Assembly (NCBI RefSeq): GCF_000143415.4
Contig: NW_003314280.1
Coordinates: 1,235,193-1,299,192, forward strand
Length of the DNA: 64,000 nt
Reading direction: 5' to 3'
Source: Selaginella moellendorffii
Taxonomy: Eukaryota > Plantae > Lycopodiophyta
The translations under genes and the position numbers were made by a program. Below the pieces are notes generated by a model. It saw only the letters and a list, made by a program, of their open reading frames with translations, did not search any database and was not told the origin of the DNA. Positions 1 through 12,825 of the stretch are shown here, piece after piece (within the stretch, counting starts at the first letter, position 1; each line of letters begins with the position of its first letter).

Positions 1-225
1 CGGCCGGTGGATACAGCCGCAGTGTCTCGTTGAGCACCATTCCCACCTGGAAGGAAACGAGAACAGTGAGAACGAGAGGAGAAAAGCAAGATTTTGCTCA
101 CGATCTTCAGCTTGCTGGCTGGGAAGACTTGCAAACTTCCAGTACCTCTGCTCGAGCACGCTCTTGCCAAGTCGGGTTTGTGGCGAGCAGCATCATCGCC
201 CAAGTTATCAGCTTGGCTGTGGTTT
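1..225 (-). pseudogene. CYP72-clan P450 fragment (I-helix to ExxR region), paralog of the 4115-6088 gene; continues off the left edge
   Basis: Near-copy of 4501-4742, including the last intron and ETLRLYPPA. Has a net 16-nt deletion near 121-124 (frameshift). Homology stops abruptly at 225. Confidence 0.85.
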
Positions 226-1420
226 ACGTAAAGCATCGTCGCCCACGTCACCAGTCAAACAGCGACTTGGCGCCCTCCACGTGGCCGCTGTCCGCGAACG
301 CTGCCAGCGTGGCATTCCATGTCACCAGGTGGCGCTCCGGCATTTTGTCAAACAGGTCCTCGAGGTCGCCGCCCTGCGACATCGCCGCGATCAGGGCCGT
401 GCAGTTCACGAGGGGCATCGCGCGGGATATCCGCGTCGTGGTCGCGTGGTCCCTGCCGCCGCGATCACTGTCGCCGACGACCTCACGTCCCGCGTGGGCA
501 TCCGACGATAGAGATCCGCTGCCGCGTCAATCTGCGATCATCGTGGTCCACGACGTGAGGGTTTTCTCTGGAATGGATTCGAACACGTGACACGCCTCTG
601 CTAGCACGGTGTTTTTCTGGGGTATACGCTTTTGCTTGATCTACTAAGTGGCCTTGTGTGTATGCTCTGATCATCGCAGTGAAAGACACAACGTCCCACT
701 CGGGCATAGTAGCTTCGCTTGATCGAAACCGCCACCCTCGGCATAAGCAGATATCATGCAGTTACGCGAGATCAAATCCCTCTCGGGCATCTCGTCAAAC
801 ATCAGCCGAGCGCCACGCAAATTCCCGGACTGGGCGCGCGCGCCCATCACGGCAGTCAAAGCGATTGGGTTCCAGGAGGGGATTCGATCCAGAAGCGCTT
901 TCGCCTTCGTGGGTGTATGCCGCGAGCAGAGCATTCCAGGATGCCAGATCTCTCTCCGGCATCTCGTGGAAGATCTCCTCGGCCTTCGCGGCATGCCCCG
1001 CCCGGGCAAATGCCGCGACCATCGCGTTCCAGGCGATGGAATCCCTCTCGGGCATTTTCAAGAAGAGCTCCTTCGCATCCTCGATTCGCCCCCTCTCGGC
1101 AAGCGCGCACACCATGGCTGTCCACGACACAAGATTCTTGCAGGGCATCGACACAAACACGGCCTGCGCGCCATCGAGATCCCCGTGCCGCGCATCATCT
1201 GCACCCACGAGAAGGCATCCTTGCAGGGCATGGCGTCGAAGATCGCTCGCGCCTCGCGCACGCTCCCGCAGCGCCCATACATCTCGATGATCTTGTTGGG
1301 CACGAAGGTGTCAGTGGCGGCGGCCGTGGCGAGCTCCTGGAATGCGGCATGGAGCTCCCTGGCCCTGGAGAGATCGTTGCAGCTCTGGATCAAGCCCACG
1401 CACTGAGCTCGATCGAGCAT
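226..1420 (-). pseudogene. PLS-class pentatricopeptide repeat (PPR) gene, frameshifted and 3'-truncated
   Basis: PPR motifs spread over several frames: NKIIEMYGRCGSVREARAIFDAMP, VSWTAMVCALAERGRIEDAKELFLKMPERDSIAWNAM, ARLMFDEMPERDLISRNCMISAYA, MPEWDVVSFTAMIRAY. Confidence 0.85.
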
Positions 1421-1554
1421 AGGATAGCAAGCGTGCTCTGATCATGACAAAGAAAACCACGTCTTCCGAGGCATAGAAAGAAAGAAATCCCTTGATCCAA
1501 TTCGATTCAAACAGAATATAATTGTTTAGAAGAGAATGGGAGAACACACTTTTG

Positions 1555-1707
1555 TCATGGCCCCGTCACCGGAGGGGTCTTCGGTGGAGGCCTATACCCC
1601 TCGACATTTTGGATAGGCAGGGTAAACCGGCTCTCCACCTTCTGGATGACAATTGAGAGTAGAATCAAAATCACAACTTGAAGAGCGTATTGCCAAACCC
1701 GTTGCAT
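1555..1707 (-). CDS. Putative small secreted peptide precursor, 50 aa (copy 1)
   Basis: MQRVWQYALQVVILILLSIVIQKVESRFTLPIQNVEGYRPPPKTPPVTGP*: hydrophobic N-terminus and Pro-rich C-terminus. TATATAT about 45 nt upstream; paralog next door. Confidence 0.55.
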   Translation of the reverse strand: MQRVWQYALQVVILILLSIVIQKVESRFTLPIQNVEGYRPPPKTPPVTGP

Positions 1708-1962
1708 TGTTTTCGTGCATGATCTTTTCTCGTGTGCATGATCAAAACATATATACCAAACAGCAGCTTGACTAAAAGTCTCGTTTTCTACAAAATCGTG
1801 CTTCACTTTTGACTGTCATTTCCATATCGAACGAGGTCAAACTGGAGAGCTTCCCCCTTGTGTGACAATTTTCACGATGCTCACAATGCGATCCTACGGC
1901 AAAGAACGATTCAAAGAGAATAAAATGTTTAGGAGATAAAAAGAACACATAAAGTATAATTG

Positions 1963-2088
1963 TCATGGGCTCAGGGGTTTTATTCGAGGCCTAAATTTGA
2001 AATTAGACTCCTGGTCCTCTCCATTATGAATGACAAATGAAAATGCTGTGAAAATCACAACAAGAGCATATCGCCAAACGCATACCAT
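1963..2088 (-). CDS. Putative small secreted peptide precursor, 41 aa (copy 2; below the ORF-track cutoff)
   Basis: Manual translation MVCVWRYALVVIFTAFSFVIHNGEDQESNFKFRPRIKPLSP*. Start, stop context and upstream TATA are homologous to copy 1. Confidence 0.5.
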   Translation of the reverse strand: MVCVWRYALVVIFTAFSFVIHNGEDQESNFKFRPRIKPLSP

Positions 2089-2370
2089 TGTCTGCTTGCA
2101 TTAATCTTTCTCGTATGATCAAACTCTATATATACAAACAAGCACTCAACGTCTCGTGATGTACAAAGTCGTGGTTCACTCCGACTTTAGACTTTTCAGT
2201 AAAAAATTTCGTCTTGATCGAATGAGGTCAAACTGGAGTTCATCCAGCAGCTTCCATTCTCACGTTTTGAAAGAGCCCATTCTCACAATCAGATTAGAAA
2301 TGGCTCTGATGGAGATTGTCTCTCCCGGAACATCGCCATTTGCCGGCATTGCAAGGAGGGCCGGATCCAA

Positions 2371-4060
2371 ATGGCTAAACAGCTCTTCGATGCAATGCCA
2401 GTCCAGAACCTGGTGGCAGCAACCGCGCTCCTGGATGCATATGCCCGCGTGGGGCATTTTGACTGCGCTCGGGGCATCGTCAGTCAAATGCCTGTGATGG
2501 ATTCGGTATCATCCATTACCATCGTCACAGCGTACGCGAGATCAGGCAATTTCGAAGGAGCGGCAATGGGTTTTGAAGAAACGCCACACAAGGATATTGT
2601 TTCCTGGAACTGTTTGCTTGCTGCGCATGCCCTGGCAGGGCATTTGAAGGACGCTCTTAAGATTTTTTACGCGATGCCGCTGTGGAATCTAGTTTCCTGG
2701 ACTTCAATGCTTGTTTGTCATGCACGAAACAATAAGTTGGTAGAAGCTTGGAATCTTTTCTGCTTGATGCCTGAGAGGGACTTCATTTGCTGGAGCTCCA
2801 TGCTTTCTGCTTATACCATCAATGGGCATATTCTTGAAGCCGAGAACATCTGTTTCCAGATGCCTCTCACGAACTTGGTCTCGCGGACGGCTCTTCTTAG
2901 CATGTACGCGCAGTACGGAAAGCTGGAGAAAGCAAAGAAAACGTTTGATACTATGCCCGAGCACAACATTGTTTCGTGGACTTCGATGCTCTCGGCATAT
3001 TCCTAACACGGGCATATTGACTTGGCCATTGGAATCTTTCACGCGATGCCAGAATCCAACCTTTTCTCTTGTAACTTGTTACTGTCGGCAGTTTCTTCCA
3101 GTGGCGACGTGACGATGACAAAACAAGTATTCGACGACATGCCCGAGTGGGACTTGGTATCTTACAATGCCCTTCTTGCGGCATATGCTCAAAACGGGCA
3201 TCTAATATGTGCTATTGGGATATTCTCTACCAGGGATCTCGCTTCTTTTACTTGTGTGCTTGCAGCATACGCGGATGCTGGGAATCTAGAAGAAGCTAAG
3301 CGGATCTTTACTAGAATGCTGGTATGGGATGTTGTGGCGTGTGGTGCTATGTTGTCCGCATATTCCAGTTCGTGGCATCTGGAAGATACTAAACGCCTGT
3401 TTAAATCGATGTTGCAAAGGAATCTGGTTTCATGGACTACAATGATGACAGCGTATGCCCAGTATGGGCATATTGAAGAATCTAAAAGCATGTTTGACAG
3501 TATGCCGGAGAAGAATCTGGTGGCATGGAATGCCATGCTTGTAGCATATGCCCAGCTAGGGGACGCTGACATGTCACGCCACCTTTTCCAGCAGATGCCT
3601 CAACGGGATGTCATGTCTTGGAACTCCCTTCTCTTTGCGCATGCCAACACAGGGAACGTTCCATGCACTGAAAAGATGCTTGCTCGCCTTCCAGAAGAGA
3701 ACCTCACGTCTTGGGAATGCCTGGATATCGGCGCTGTGCCACAACGGCTACTCGGCAAAGGCCTTGGATGCGTTTAGCAGGCTCCGGCTATGCCATCTCC
3801 CCAATGGGACGAGCTTCGTCACAATGCTCATAGCGTGGAAACACGAAGGGAAGTTACGTGCCGGGAGATCTTTCTTCGTTTCCATGTCAATGGACTATGG
3901 CTTGCAGTTCCAGAGGCAGCACTACTGCTGCATGGTCGATCTTCTGGCGAGGGGTGGCTACTTGGAGGACGCGGAGGACCTGATCGCCAACATGCCCTTT
4001 GTGCCCGAGCCCAGGGAGTGGCTATGCCTCCTCGGATCCTGCCGCTCGCACAGAGTGGTT
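2371..4060 (+). pseudogene. PLS-class PPR gene with E-domain start; disrupted
   Basis: Many ~31-aa repeats (AKKTFDTMPEHNIVSWTSMLSAY) ending in HYCCMVDLLARGGYLEDAEDLIANMPFVP...WLCLLGSCRSH. In-frame TAA at 3004-3006 and a frameshift near 3715-3725. Confidence 0.88.
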
Positions 4061-4114
4061 GCCAACATTTTACAAGTCCCAAGCATAAAGTTACCAGTTG
4101 CGTCGTCAACTTTC

Positions 4115-6088
4115 TTACACTCCTCTTCGGCTAAGGAGGAGAGGCATGCCATGCTTTGGCGTTAGAGTAAGGCGCAGCACAGGGCTGTGCTGGTAACTTG
4201 GCGATATCTCGAAGCTAAACCTGTGGAGGATCATGGTCAGCGCAACCTTGGCCTCCATGAGAGCGAATCCTTGGCCGAGGCAAACCCGGGGCCCGTGAGA
4301 GAAGGGGAGAAAGGCAAACGGGTGCTTGGAGGCGTTGGCCACACCGTCAGCGAAGCGCTGTGGATTGAACTCGTTGGCATCTTCGCCCCACACTTCCTTG
4401 TCGTGGAGGATAGAGAGTATCGGCACGAGAACGCCGGTTCCCTCTGGAACAATCAAGTTTCCCAGCTTCGTGTCCTCCATGGCCGTGCGGACCAAGAACA
4501 CGGCCGGTGGATACAGCCGCAGCGTCTCGTTGAGCACCATTCCCACCTGGAAGAGAACGAGAACAATGAGAAACGAGAGGAGGAAATCTAGATCTTGCTC
4601 ACGATCTTTAGCTTGCTGGCTGCTTCTGAATCCGGGACGCCAGACTTACAAACCTCCAGCACCTCAGCTCGAGCACGCTCTTGCCAAGTCGGGTTTGTGG
4701 CGAGCAGCATCATCGCCCAGGTTATCAGCTTGGCTGTGGTTTCATGGCCAGCGACGTAAAAGGTCTTGCATTCCTCTATCAGGCTCTCGCTCGTGAATGC
4801 CAGCGCTGGCTTGATCCCGCTGCCGCTGAAGCTGCGGCTCGAGTCCACTTCGTCGAGCATCAAACCGAGAAGATCGCTGCCATAGTTGCTGCTAGCACCC
4901 GAGTCTTTGAGCTGCTGTCGCGCATGGACGATCTCGAGCAGCAGATTGTTCACCTTTTTCTGTCCGTTTCTTATGGCTCGGTTAAGCTCGCTGAAAGGAT
5001 TCATGCTGCATACAAACCTCCCAGCGATCAAATGGGAACAAAACCATGAACGGGAATACCTCTCAATCCATGGCTTGGAGAATCTCTGTAGGATAATCGC
5101 GGTCAGCTCTTGAACGAGCTCCAGAACGCGACGGCCCTGCGCATGGCCGCTTCCAAATGCTGTCCGAGATATCACGTCCGCAGTCAGCTCAGTGATGGGC
5201 TCGCTTACCTCCACTTCTACACCACTGCTATCTCGCGTTAGAGCAAGCCATTTGTCCAGCATCTCGGATACGCAGTCTACCATAGTCCCGACCATTCCCT
5301 GCGAAGAAAGAAGAAGAGGCGAAGGTCGAGAGAAGCTCGAGAAGAGAGAGGTTTGGCCACCACCTTTATCTTCTCCTGGTAGAAGGCGGGCGACATGATA
5401 TGGCGGCGAAAGGCCCACTCGTCTCCATTCACAACGACGAGGCCTCTGCCAATGACTTGCATGAGGAACTTCTGCTGGATGGAGGAGCGCCAAAACACCC
5501 CGGATTTGTTGTAGAGCACGTCCTTGACCATGTCCAGGTCGGTGAGAACGATGCGAGGCTCGTAACCCCACCACATCATCATCGGAGACCCTGGTGATGA
5601 TCGAAAGACAAACAATCAAAGATCAACAGAGAAACACTTCCAAGACAAACAAAGAGCTAGCGAATTTTCGAAAGAAAGAAACTCTGGTGATGATCGAAAA
5701 AAAAAAACAATCAAAAAGTGCCAGAGACACAGAAGAGGAAATCCTCCAAGAGCAACAAAACAAACAAGTAGCGAATTTTGTCGAGAAAGAAAGAAGAGCA
5801 AAGGAACATACCATAGATTTTTTCCCAGTGTAGCGAGTGAGGCTGGGCGTAGCCAACGATGTCGTGAGAGATGCCCTCCATGCAGCGCTCCTCGGCGGCG
5901 GCCCGCATTTCCATCATCTCGCGGATGTTCCCGCGGAGGATGGACCGCGGAGGCCCTCCAATCCCCTGGCGGCGCAGCTTGGCCTCTAGAATCCATGGCT
6001 TCGCTACATAGTCTCTCACAAACCCAACCCAAGCGCCCCACGCAAGCAGCGGGAGGAGCAGCAGCGCCGCGATGAGCAGCAGCGCCAT
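4115..6088 (-). CDS. Cytochrome P450, CYP72 clan (CYP-1), 5 exons, 525 aa, apparently intact
   Basis: Exons 6088-5812, 5590-5364, 5298-5060, 5005-4603, 4546-4115, all GT-AG, total 1578 nt. TM anchor, GPP hinge, AGHETT, ETLR, PQRF, heme motif FSHGPRVCLG. Confidence 0.93.
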
Positions 6089-6474
6089 GGCATCAAATGG
6101 AGGAAACCCCCATGAAGAAGCAGCAAAAAAGATTGGATCGATCAACGCGCGCTCTGGATCTAGGTAGTCAACCCGCAAAACGCCACAAAGGAGGCAAGAA
6201 ATGGGGGCCCAAAACACATGACCCACGTACGTATCGCGGCAGCCGTAGCGCATGTAGATTTTGCTGGCGAGTCACGAGCTTTGGACTCCCCAATCTGTCA
6301 AAGCTGGTAGGATCTTTGGAGAGAGGAGAGATTAGATGACCAAAGCTCTGGAGAACGAGGGCGATGATCCTCATTGTTGATACTGTGCTACAAATATGTG
6401 AAGCGAGACTTACTAAGACTTTGCTGAAACTCTCGAAGCTTAGGAAGAGTTATGGTATAGATGGTGATGAAGGA

Positions 6475-8225
6475 TCATATTTTCTCCATGACGAGAGGAA
6501 GACCGTGGCAAGGTCTGAGCGTAACTTTGAACACCGGGCAGTGGCGATACGATGGCGACAACCGAAACCGGAAGCGCTGGAGAATGGTGGCCAAGGCGAT
6601 CTTGGCTTCCATGAGTGAAAAGGACTGGCCGACGCACACCCGGGGGCCAAGCGAAAACGGCATGAACGCGTTCGGGTGCTTGGACGCCTTGGTGACACCA
6701 TCCTTGAAACGCTCCGGATTGAACTCGTGGGCGTCCTCCCCCCAGAGCTCCTTGTCGTGGTGGATGGCGAGGATTGGAAAGGAGAGCCCCGCTCCCTTTG
6801 GGACGAGGATAACTCCCAGTATGGTGTCCTCGAAGCACGATCGCATCATCGACACCACCGGTGGATACAGGCGGAGAGTTTCGTGGAGGATCATGTTGAT
6901 CTAGCCATGAGAAAGAAAGCTCGTGAAACTCGAAAGTAACGTAAAACCTTTACCAGCTTGAGCTTGCTGATTGAATCGGCTTCTGGAGTGGCACCTTCGC
7001 AGACTTCCTGGGCCTCGGCGCGAGCGCGCTCCTGCCATTCCGGGTGCAAAGCAAGCAGCATTATGGACCAGGTGAGCAGAGTTGCCGTCGTCTCGTGGCC
7101 AGCAAAGTAGAAAGTCTTGCACTCCTCCATCACGGCCCGATCGTCAAAAGAAGAGTTTCCACACTCGGCAAGCATCAACCCCAGCAAGTCATGACTCTGG
7201 CCACTCTGAGCTCGCCGCTCCTTGATCAGGCCAAGCAGCAGCGAGTCGAGGTCGCTGTAGAGCTTTCTCAATCGAAAGTTTGCTGGAAACGGAAGGAATC
7301 TGCGGTCAGAAAATCGTGTTATAGTACGTAAACGAAAGAGATTTGATCACCTTTTGCCTGGTACATAGTTGTATCGATCGACCTTGGAAAGCTCCTCTGG
7401 GATTGCTCTCAAGGTTTCGAAGACCTTCTGGCCTTTGAGATAGCTGCTTCCGAATGCCGTGTGGGAGATAATGTCTGCGGTTAGCTTTGAGAATTCACTG
7501 CTCATTTCAATCTCGGGCTGCTCGCGGAGCGCTTCTTCCCACCTGTCTAGCATCTCGAGCGCGCACAGTCCGATACGGGGCACCATTTTCTGGTTTGTAT
7601 GACCAAGTAGTGAAAGTTGATAAGAAGCAAAGAAAGAAAAAATGGAACCTTGAGCTTCTCTAGGTAGAAAGCTGGAGCCACAACACGTCGATGGTGGCTC
7701 CACTCGTTACCATTCACGGCAATGAGCCCTCTGCCGATTATGGATGCGACTGCAGAAACCATCATGTCCGATTTCTCAAACTGAGTAACTTTCTTGGCAA
7801 GAACTTCTCTGATGAGCTCGGGCTCCGTGACCATGATCCTCGGCTCTGTCGCCCACCAGTAGAAATACATCTTTCCTGGGAAGAAATCCTCCAGAGTCTA
7901 ACTCAACTTACGATAGAAACGAAAAGAGAGACTAACCGTATTCCTTGGACCACTGGTGGTAATCCAGCAACACATGCTCCACAATATCGTGATTCAAGCC
8001 TGCCATGTCCCGCTCCTTGGGAGTGTCTCTCATCTTCATCACCTGGAGCATATTCCCGGCCAAGAAAGTCCTTGGCGGCCCCTGGATACCCTGGCTTCGA
8101 ATCCTTGTGTCGAGCGATCTTGGCTCCAGCCAATACCTGGTGACAATTGATCGCCATAGCTTCGCAACCAGTGCTAGCAACACGAGCAGCGCGCCCGTCC
8201 ACACTGCCTTGCCAATGCCCTCCAT
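6475..8225 (-). CDS. Cytochrome P450, CYP72 clan (CYP-2), 5 exons, 508 aa, apparently intact
   Basis: Exons 8225-7937, 7875-7649, 7589-7351, 7299-6954, 6900-6475, total 1527 nt. AGHETT, ETLR, PERF, FSLGPRVCVG. Confidence 0.93.
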
Positions 8226-8390
8226 TTCTCACAACAAACAAGTGACCCAATGTCAAAATTATCGAAGTTCCCGACGAGCAGGTCTCCACGTTCGAGAACG
8301 TGAGCACGACTAAACTTTGCTGCGGAGTAGCTTTCACTGATTGGGACGATTTGACGACTGCATTTTTAAATGCTATACAGGATTCTGTCA

Positions 8391-8470
8391 ACGAGTGAGT
8401 GACGAGCTCAGTATGATTACCTTGCTGCCAATGAGTGAGTGACAAGCTCAGTATGATTACCTTGCTGCCA
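8391..8470. repeat. 2 x 40-bp tandem repeat upstream of CYP-2
   Basis: acgagtgagtgacgagctcagtatgattaccttgctgcca / atgagtgagtgacaagctcagtatgattaccttgctgcca (2 mismatches). Confidence 0.9.
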
Positions 8471-8479
8471 GGAGAAATT

Positions 8480-10375
8480 ATTTGCAATGAGATTTTGGTG
8501 ACTCCTCTCAAAGAAGGATCCAAAACCTGTAGAAGATGATCAAGCTCAATATTTTTGGCAAGGTTTACCAAAGAGTGCATCCTTCTATGTGTGATGCATA
8601 CTTGCATTCGAACGGGTACGATTAATAAAAAATGCTGTTTAAAACATGTGAGTGAATTTCCATGTTAGGATGGCAAATCAGAGTCGGGTGAAGCCATTGG
8701 GAGTTCTTACAGGTGTGAAGATGGATGTAGTAGGGTTGAACTTTTACATGGATTTTGTGGTTTTTAGGATGAGTCTTGGTGAATTAACTTATCCATTGCT
8801 TCTAAGCCGACCTTGGTTGGTGCAAGCTGATGCTTCTCAATACTATCATAAAGGCTTGATGAGGATTCGAAGTGGAAATTTCAAGTGCAAGATTCAAGTT
8901 AGTGTTCAAGCAATGTCAAAGTCAAACCAGCCAGTGGAAATTGAGAGGGACGATAACAACAGTGATACTACTTCTGGCAGTGAGGAAGAGGAGAATTCTT
9001 GCTCTAATTCAGGTTCTAGTGATTGACTAAGAAGAGGATGAAGAAGCAGCTCTGGTCCAGAAAGAGAAGATGATAAATTATGCCAACCTAGCCTTGTCCT
9101 CTTTTGAGTGGGATTATAGCAGTGATCGTTTGAAGCATTGGTTATGGAAAGTGGTAGAAAAATCTTTTGCAATTTATGAAGAGCCAACAATATAGGTTGG
9201 AAAGGAGTTGAGATTTATCAAGCCTCCCGAGTTGATTAATTTGGATCTGGGGATGCTAGGAAGCTCTAGGGTGGTGACCAACTGGATCATGAGAAGCAGA
9301 TGAGTTTAGTGAAGTTGTTGTCTAACTATTGAGATATTTTTGCGTGAACCTACAAGGACATGAAAGGGATTGATCCAGCTCTAGCTGTCCATAGGATTCC
9401 TCTAGTTCCTGGTGCTGTGCCAGTGTGTCAACAACCCTATCACTCTAATCCCCATTACTCCAAAGCTATGAGAGAAGAGATTGAGAAGCTATTGTGAGTT
9501 GGTTTTATCTTTGAAGTGGAAGTTAGTGAGTGGCTTTCTCCAATTGTAGTCATCAAGAAGAAGAATGGTCAACTCCAAATTTATGTAGATTATAGAAAGC
9601 TGAATAATGTAACAAGAAAAGATGGCTTTCCATTGCCATTTATGGATACAATGCTGAATTTAGTTCCAGGCCATAGGCTCTATTTTTTTCCTGATGGTTT
9701 CAGTGGCTACAATCAAGTTTGAATAGCTGAAGAGGATCAGCTTAAAACTACATTCGCTGAGTGGGGATGATACACATATCAAGTGATGCCTTTTGGCTTA
9801 ACAAATGTGCTTGAGTTTTTAAAGAGTGGTAATAGTAGCCTTTCAACGTTTTATACAAGATTTCATGAAGGTATTTTTGGACGATTTTAGTGTGTTCACT
9901 GATGTTGAACAGCATGAGAAGAAGCTTGCTAGTTTCTTTGACAGGTGCAGAAAATTTGAAATTTCACTCAACCCTCTCCCAAGAAGGATTAACAATTGAT
10001 CCTAGTAAGATAAAAGTTATTTAGGCTTTACCAGTTGCAAGTTTTCTTGGGACATGTAAGATACCATTGCAGATTTGTGAGGAGATATGCTGAAAAAGTT
10101 TTGCTGTTGAAGGATGTGAAGTATGAGTGGAACAAGAAGTGTCAATAGGCTTTTGAAGAATTGAAGCAAACTTTGGTCACGGTCCCAATTTTGAAGATGC
10201 CAAATTGGTCTCGAGAATTCCATGCTTTGGCAGTGGCAATTGGTTCGGTAAGGAGTTTACTTTTTATATTGATCACCAGGCCTTGAAATATCTTATTTTG
10301 AAGCCATGCAAAATAGGTAAAGTGACTCATTGGTTGCTAATTTTATAGGAGTTCTAGTTTAAAACAGTTCTTAAG
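8480..10375 (+). mobile_element. Degenerate Ty3/gypsy element A (non-chromovirus, Athila/Tat-like), 5' part: protease region, RT, RNase H
   Basis: WLSPIVVIKKKNGQLQIYVDYRKLN, DGFSGYNQV, VMPFGL, VFLDDF, DHQALKYL. Many stops; cut at the inversion breakpoint. Confidence 0.85.
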
Positions 10376-12438
10376 TGTTTCAAATGATCCTCCAATGTTT
10401 CGCTGAAGACTAGAACATCGTCGATATATAGGACAACAAATGTGTCCAAATAATCTCCGAATATTTTATTCATCATAGTGCTGAACATTACCGAAGCATT
10501 GCATAACCCGAATGGCATGACAAGAAACTCATAAGATCCGTACCGAGTCTTAAAAGCTGTCTTCTTCACATCTTGATCCGCCACCCATATCTGATGATAC
10601 CCAAACCGCAAATTTAGTCGCGTAAAATACTTAGCCTTTAAGAGTTGGTCAAACAAGTCATCAATGCATGGCAAAGGATAATTGTTTTTAACCGTGATCT
10701 TGTTGAGTGCCTAATAATCAATACACATCCTCATGGTTCCATCCTTTTTCATAACAAAAAGGACCGGCGCTCCATAAGGTGATTTGCTTGGTTAGATATG
10801 ACCTTTGTCAAGAAGCTCTGTGAGTTGTTTCTTGAGTTCAGCCATCTCCTTGATGTTCAACCGATATAGAGCTTTCATAGGTGGTTTAGAACCCGAAATA
10901 ACCTCAATCCGATGATCAACCTCACGGCTAGGAGGTAGCCCTGGTGGCAAATCCTTCGGAAAGATATCTTGATTCCTCGCCAACAACTCCAATATCTTCT
11001 TTGGTACGGATCAACCCCGTCACCGATTCAAACTGTGTCACCAATACCCTCAGTTTCCATCATTTGAACCCAAAAGGTCTGACATCCCTTCTTAACTGCT
11101 ATTTGAGCGGCCCTCGCAATCTAGAACTTGGCATCCCAATCCTTTGAGGAGTGCTTTTGCAATTGGAAGGACATATCAGGATGTCCTTTTGACTTCAATA
11201 TGATATGACTTTGTCCAGCACTATAAATCCCTTTTATATATTTGTTGAAGAAGTCTATACTAAACACCATATGAAAATCTGGTATTTTCAACACTATCAA
11301 GTCCACTCTTTCTTTCCACTTGGATATTTTTATTGGAACATCACTCATAAACTTTCTGGCTACTTGCCCACCTTCCACAAACTGGAAGTGTATAGGTGAC
11401 ATTTGCTCAGCATTCAATCCTAACAACTTAACTAAGTCTTTAGATATCATATTGTGCATAGCTCCCGTGTCAATCATCACTCAGATTCGGTGTCCACGGA
11501 GAAAGCCTACCAGATACATCAACAGATTAGTGTTTGCATTGACTGCGAGAAAAGCTTGAGGAAAGCAACGAAAGTAACTCACCTCCTCTTTCTCATAATC
11601 TGCATTGACCAACTTGTCAACCCCTTCAGCTTCGCCACCACCGTCTTCCCTCAAGACATTAACCCGAGACCTTGTCTTATGCTTGTTGTGGCATTTCGAG
11701 GACTTATGTCCTAACTCTCCACAATGGAAGCAATGACCCACACTACCTGTTCCACTAGGAGTAGGTTTCGCAGGTTGCTGTTGCTTGTACCCACCAAGAG
11801 GAGGAACAGAGGGCCTAGGACCAGAAGTAGCTGTTGGTGGTCTCCAACCACCACCACCTTTGTTAACCATTGCTTGTGAGCCTCCAGAGTAGAACCTGCT
11901 TTCCACCCCCTATTTCTGGTCACCTTGTTTATTCCCAAAATTCCTATTCTTATCCGAGTTACCAGCATATGGTTGCTGATATTGTTCCATGAGCGAGTGA
12001 CTAAAGGCAACTTGTTGTGCTGCCTCCTTATACTCCAAGTATGTCTTCGGCTTAAACTTCAAAATCTCATTACGAGAAAGTGAACTTAAACCCTCCAGAA
12101 AATAACTCCGAGCATCTTCGTCACTCATATTTGCAATCATAATGTGCTTCTGAGCAAACGCATTAACGTAATGCATGAGATCCCCTTGCTGATTTAACCG
12201 CCGTAGCTCCATGCGAAGTCTCAAACCAAGATCATTCGGCAAGTATTCTTTACAAATATGAGACCGCATCTTGGTCCAACTTCTAGTCTGCCCTTTTTCA
12301 GCACAGACCTGGCACCACCAACTTTTGGCATGATCGGTGAGAAAGGATTGCGCACACGCAACTTTCGTATGATCATCTACGTCTACCGCTATGAAATAGT
12401 TTTCCATATCGTAGACCCAGTCTTCCAAAACTTGATAG

Positions 12439-12825
12439 TGTCAAGACCCCCAACAAGATCAAGACTGGAAAATGCAAAAGACAAAGAGAAAAGCTAGTGG
12501 AAACAAAGAAAAGGCCTTAGACTGGCGTTGATTCAGATTGTGGAGAAATGGAACAAGGCTAACCTATATATACTATAGGTTGATGAAGCTCCACCACTCT
12601 TGGATCGAGGACAGCCTAAATATAGCTGAGGTTGAGGAGGTGCCACATCAATATCAGGAATGTGGTTCGAGACTCAGGAATCGTACAGGAAATCAGAGAG
12701 TTGGGAATAGGGAAGTGTCTTGAGAGTCAGGAATAGGGAAGTGTCTCGAGAATCAGGAATGTGGTCTGCAGGTCAGGAATCCGGTGAGAGTCCGGAATGT
12801 GGCAAAAATTGGGGGATTCCTAATA
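12439..12825 (-). repeat. 3' LTR of element C
   Basis: Direct repeat of 17647-18042; contains ~26-bp subrepeats (gagagtcaggaatagggaagtgtctt). Confidence 0.93.

Noticed and set aside
3004-3006. PPR stop repaired by RNA editing or readthrough
   Set aside because: Plant C/U editing is organellar, and the gene also has a downstream frameshift.
4187-8313. Long plus-strand ORFs over the P450 genes
   Set aside because: Antisense shadows of GC-rich coding sequence with no motifs.
12670-12800. CRISPR-like spaced repeats
   Set aside because: LTR subrepeats without unique spacers, in a eukaryotic context.
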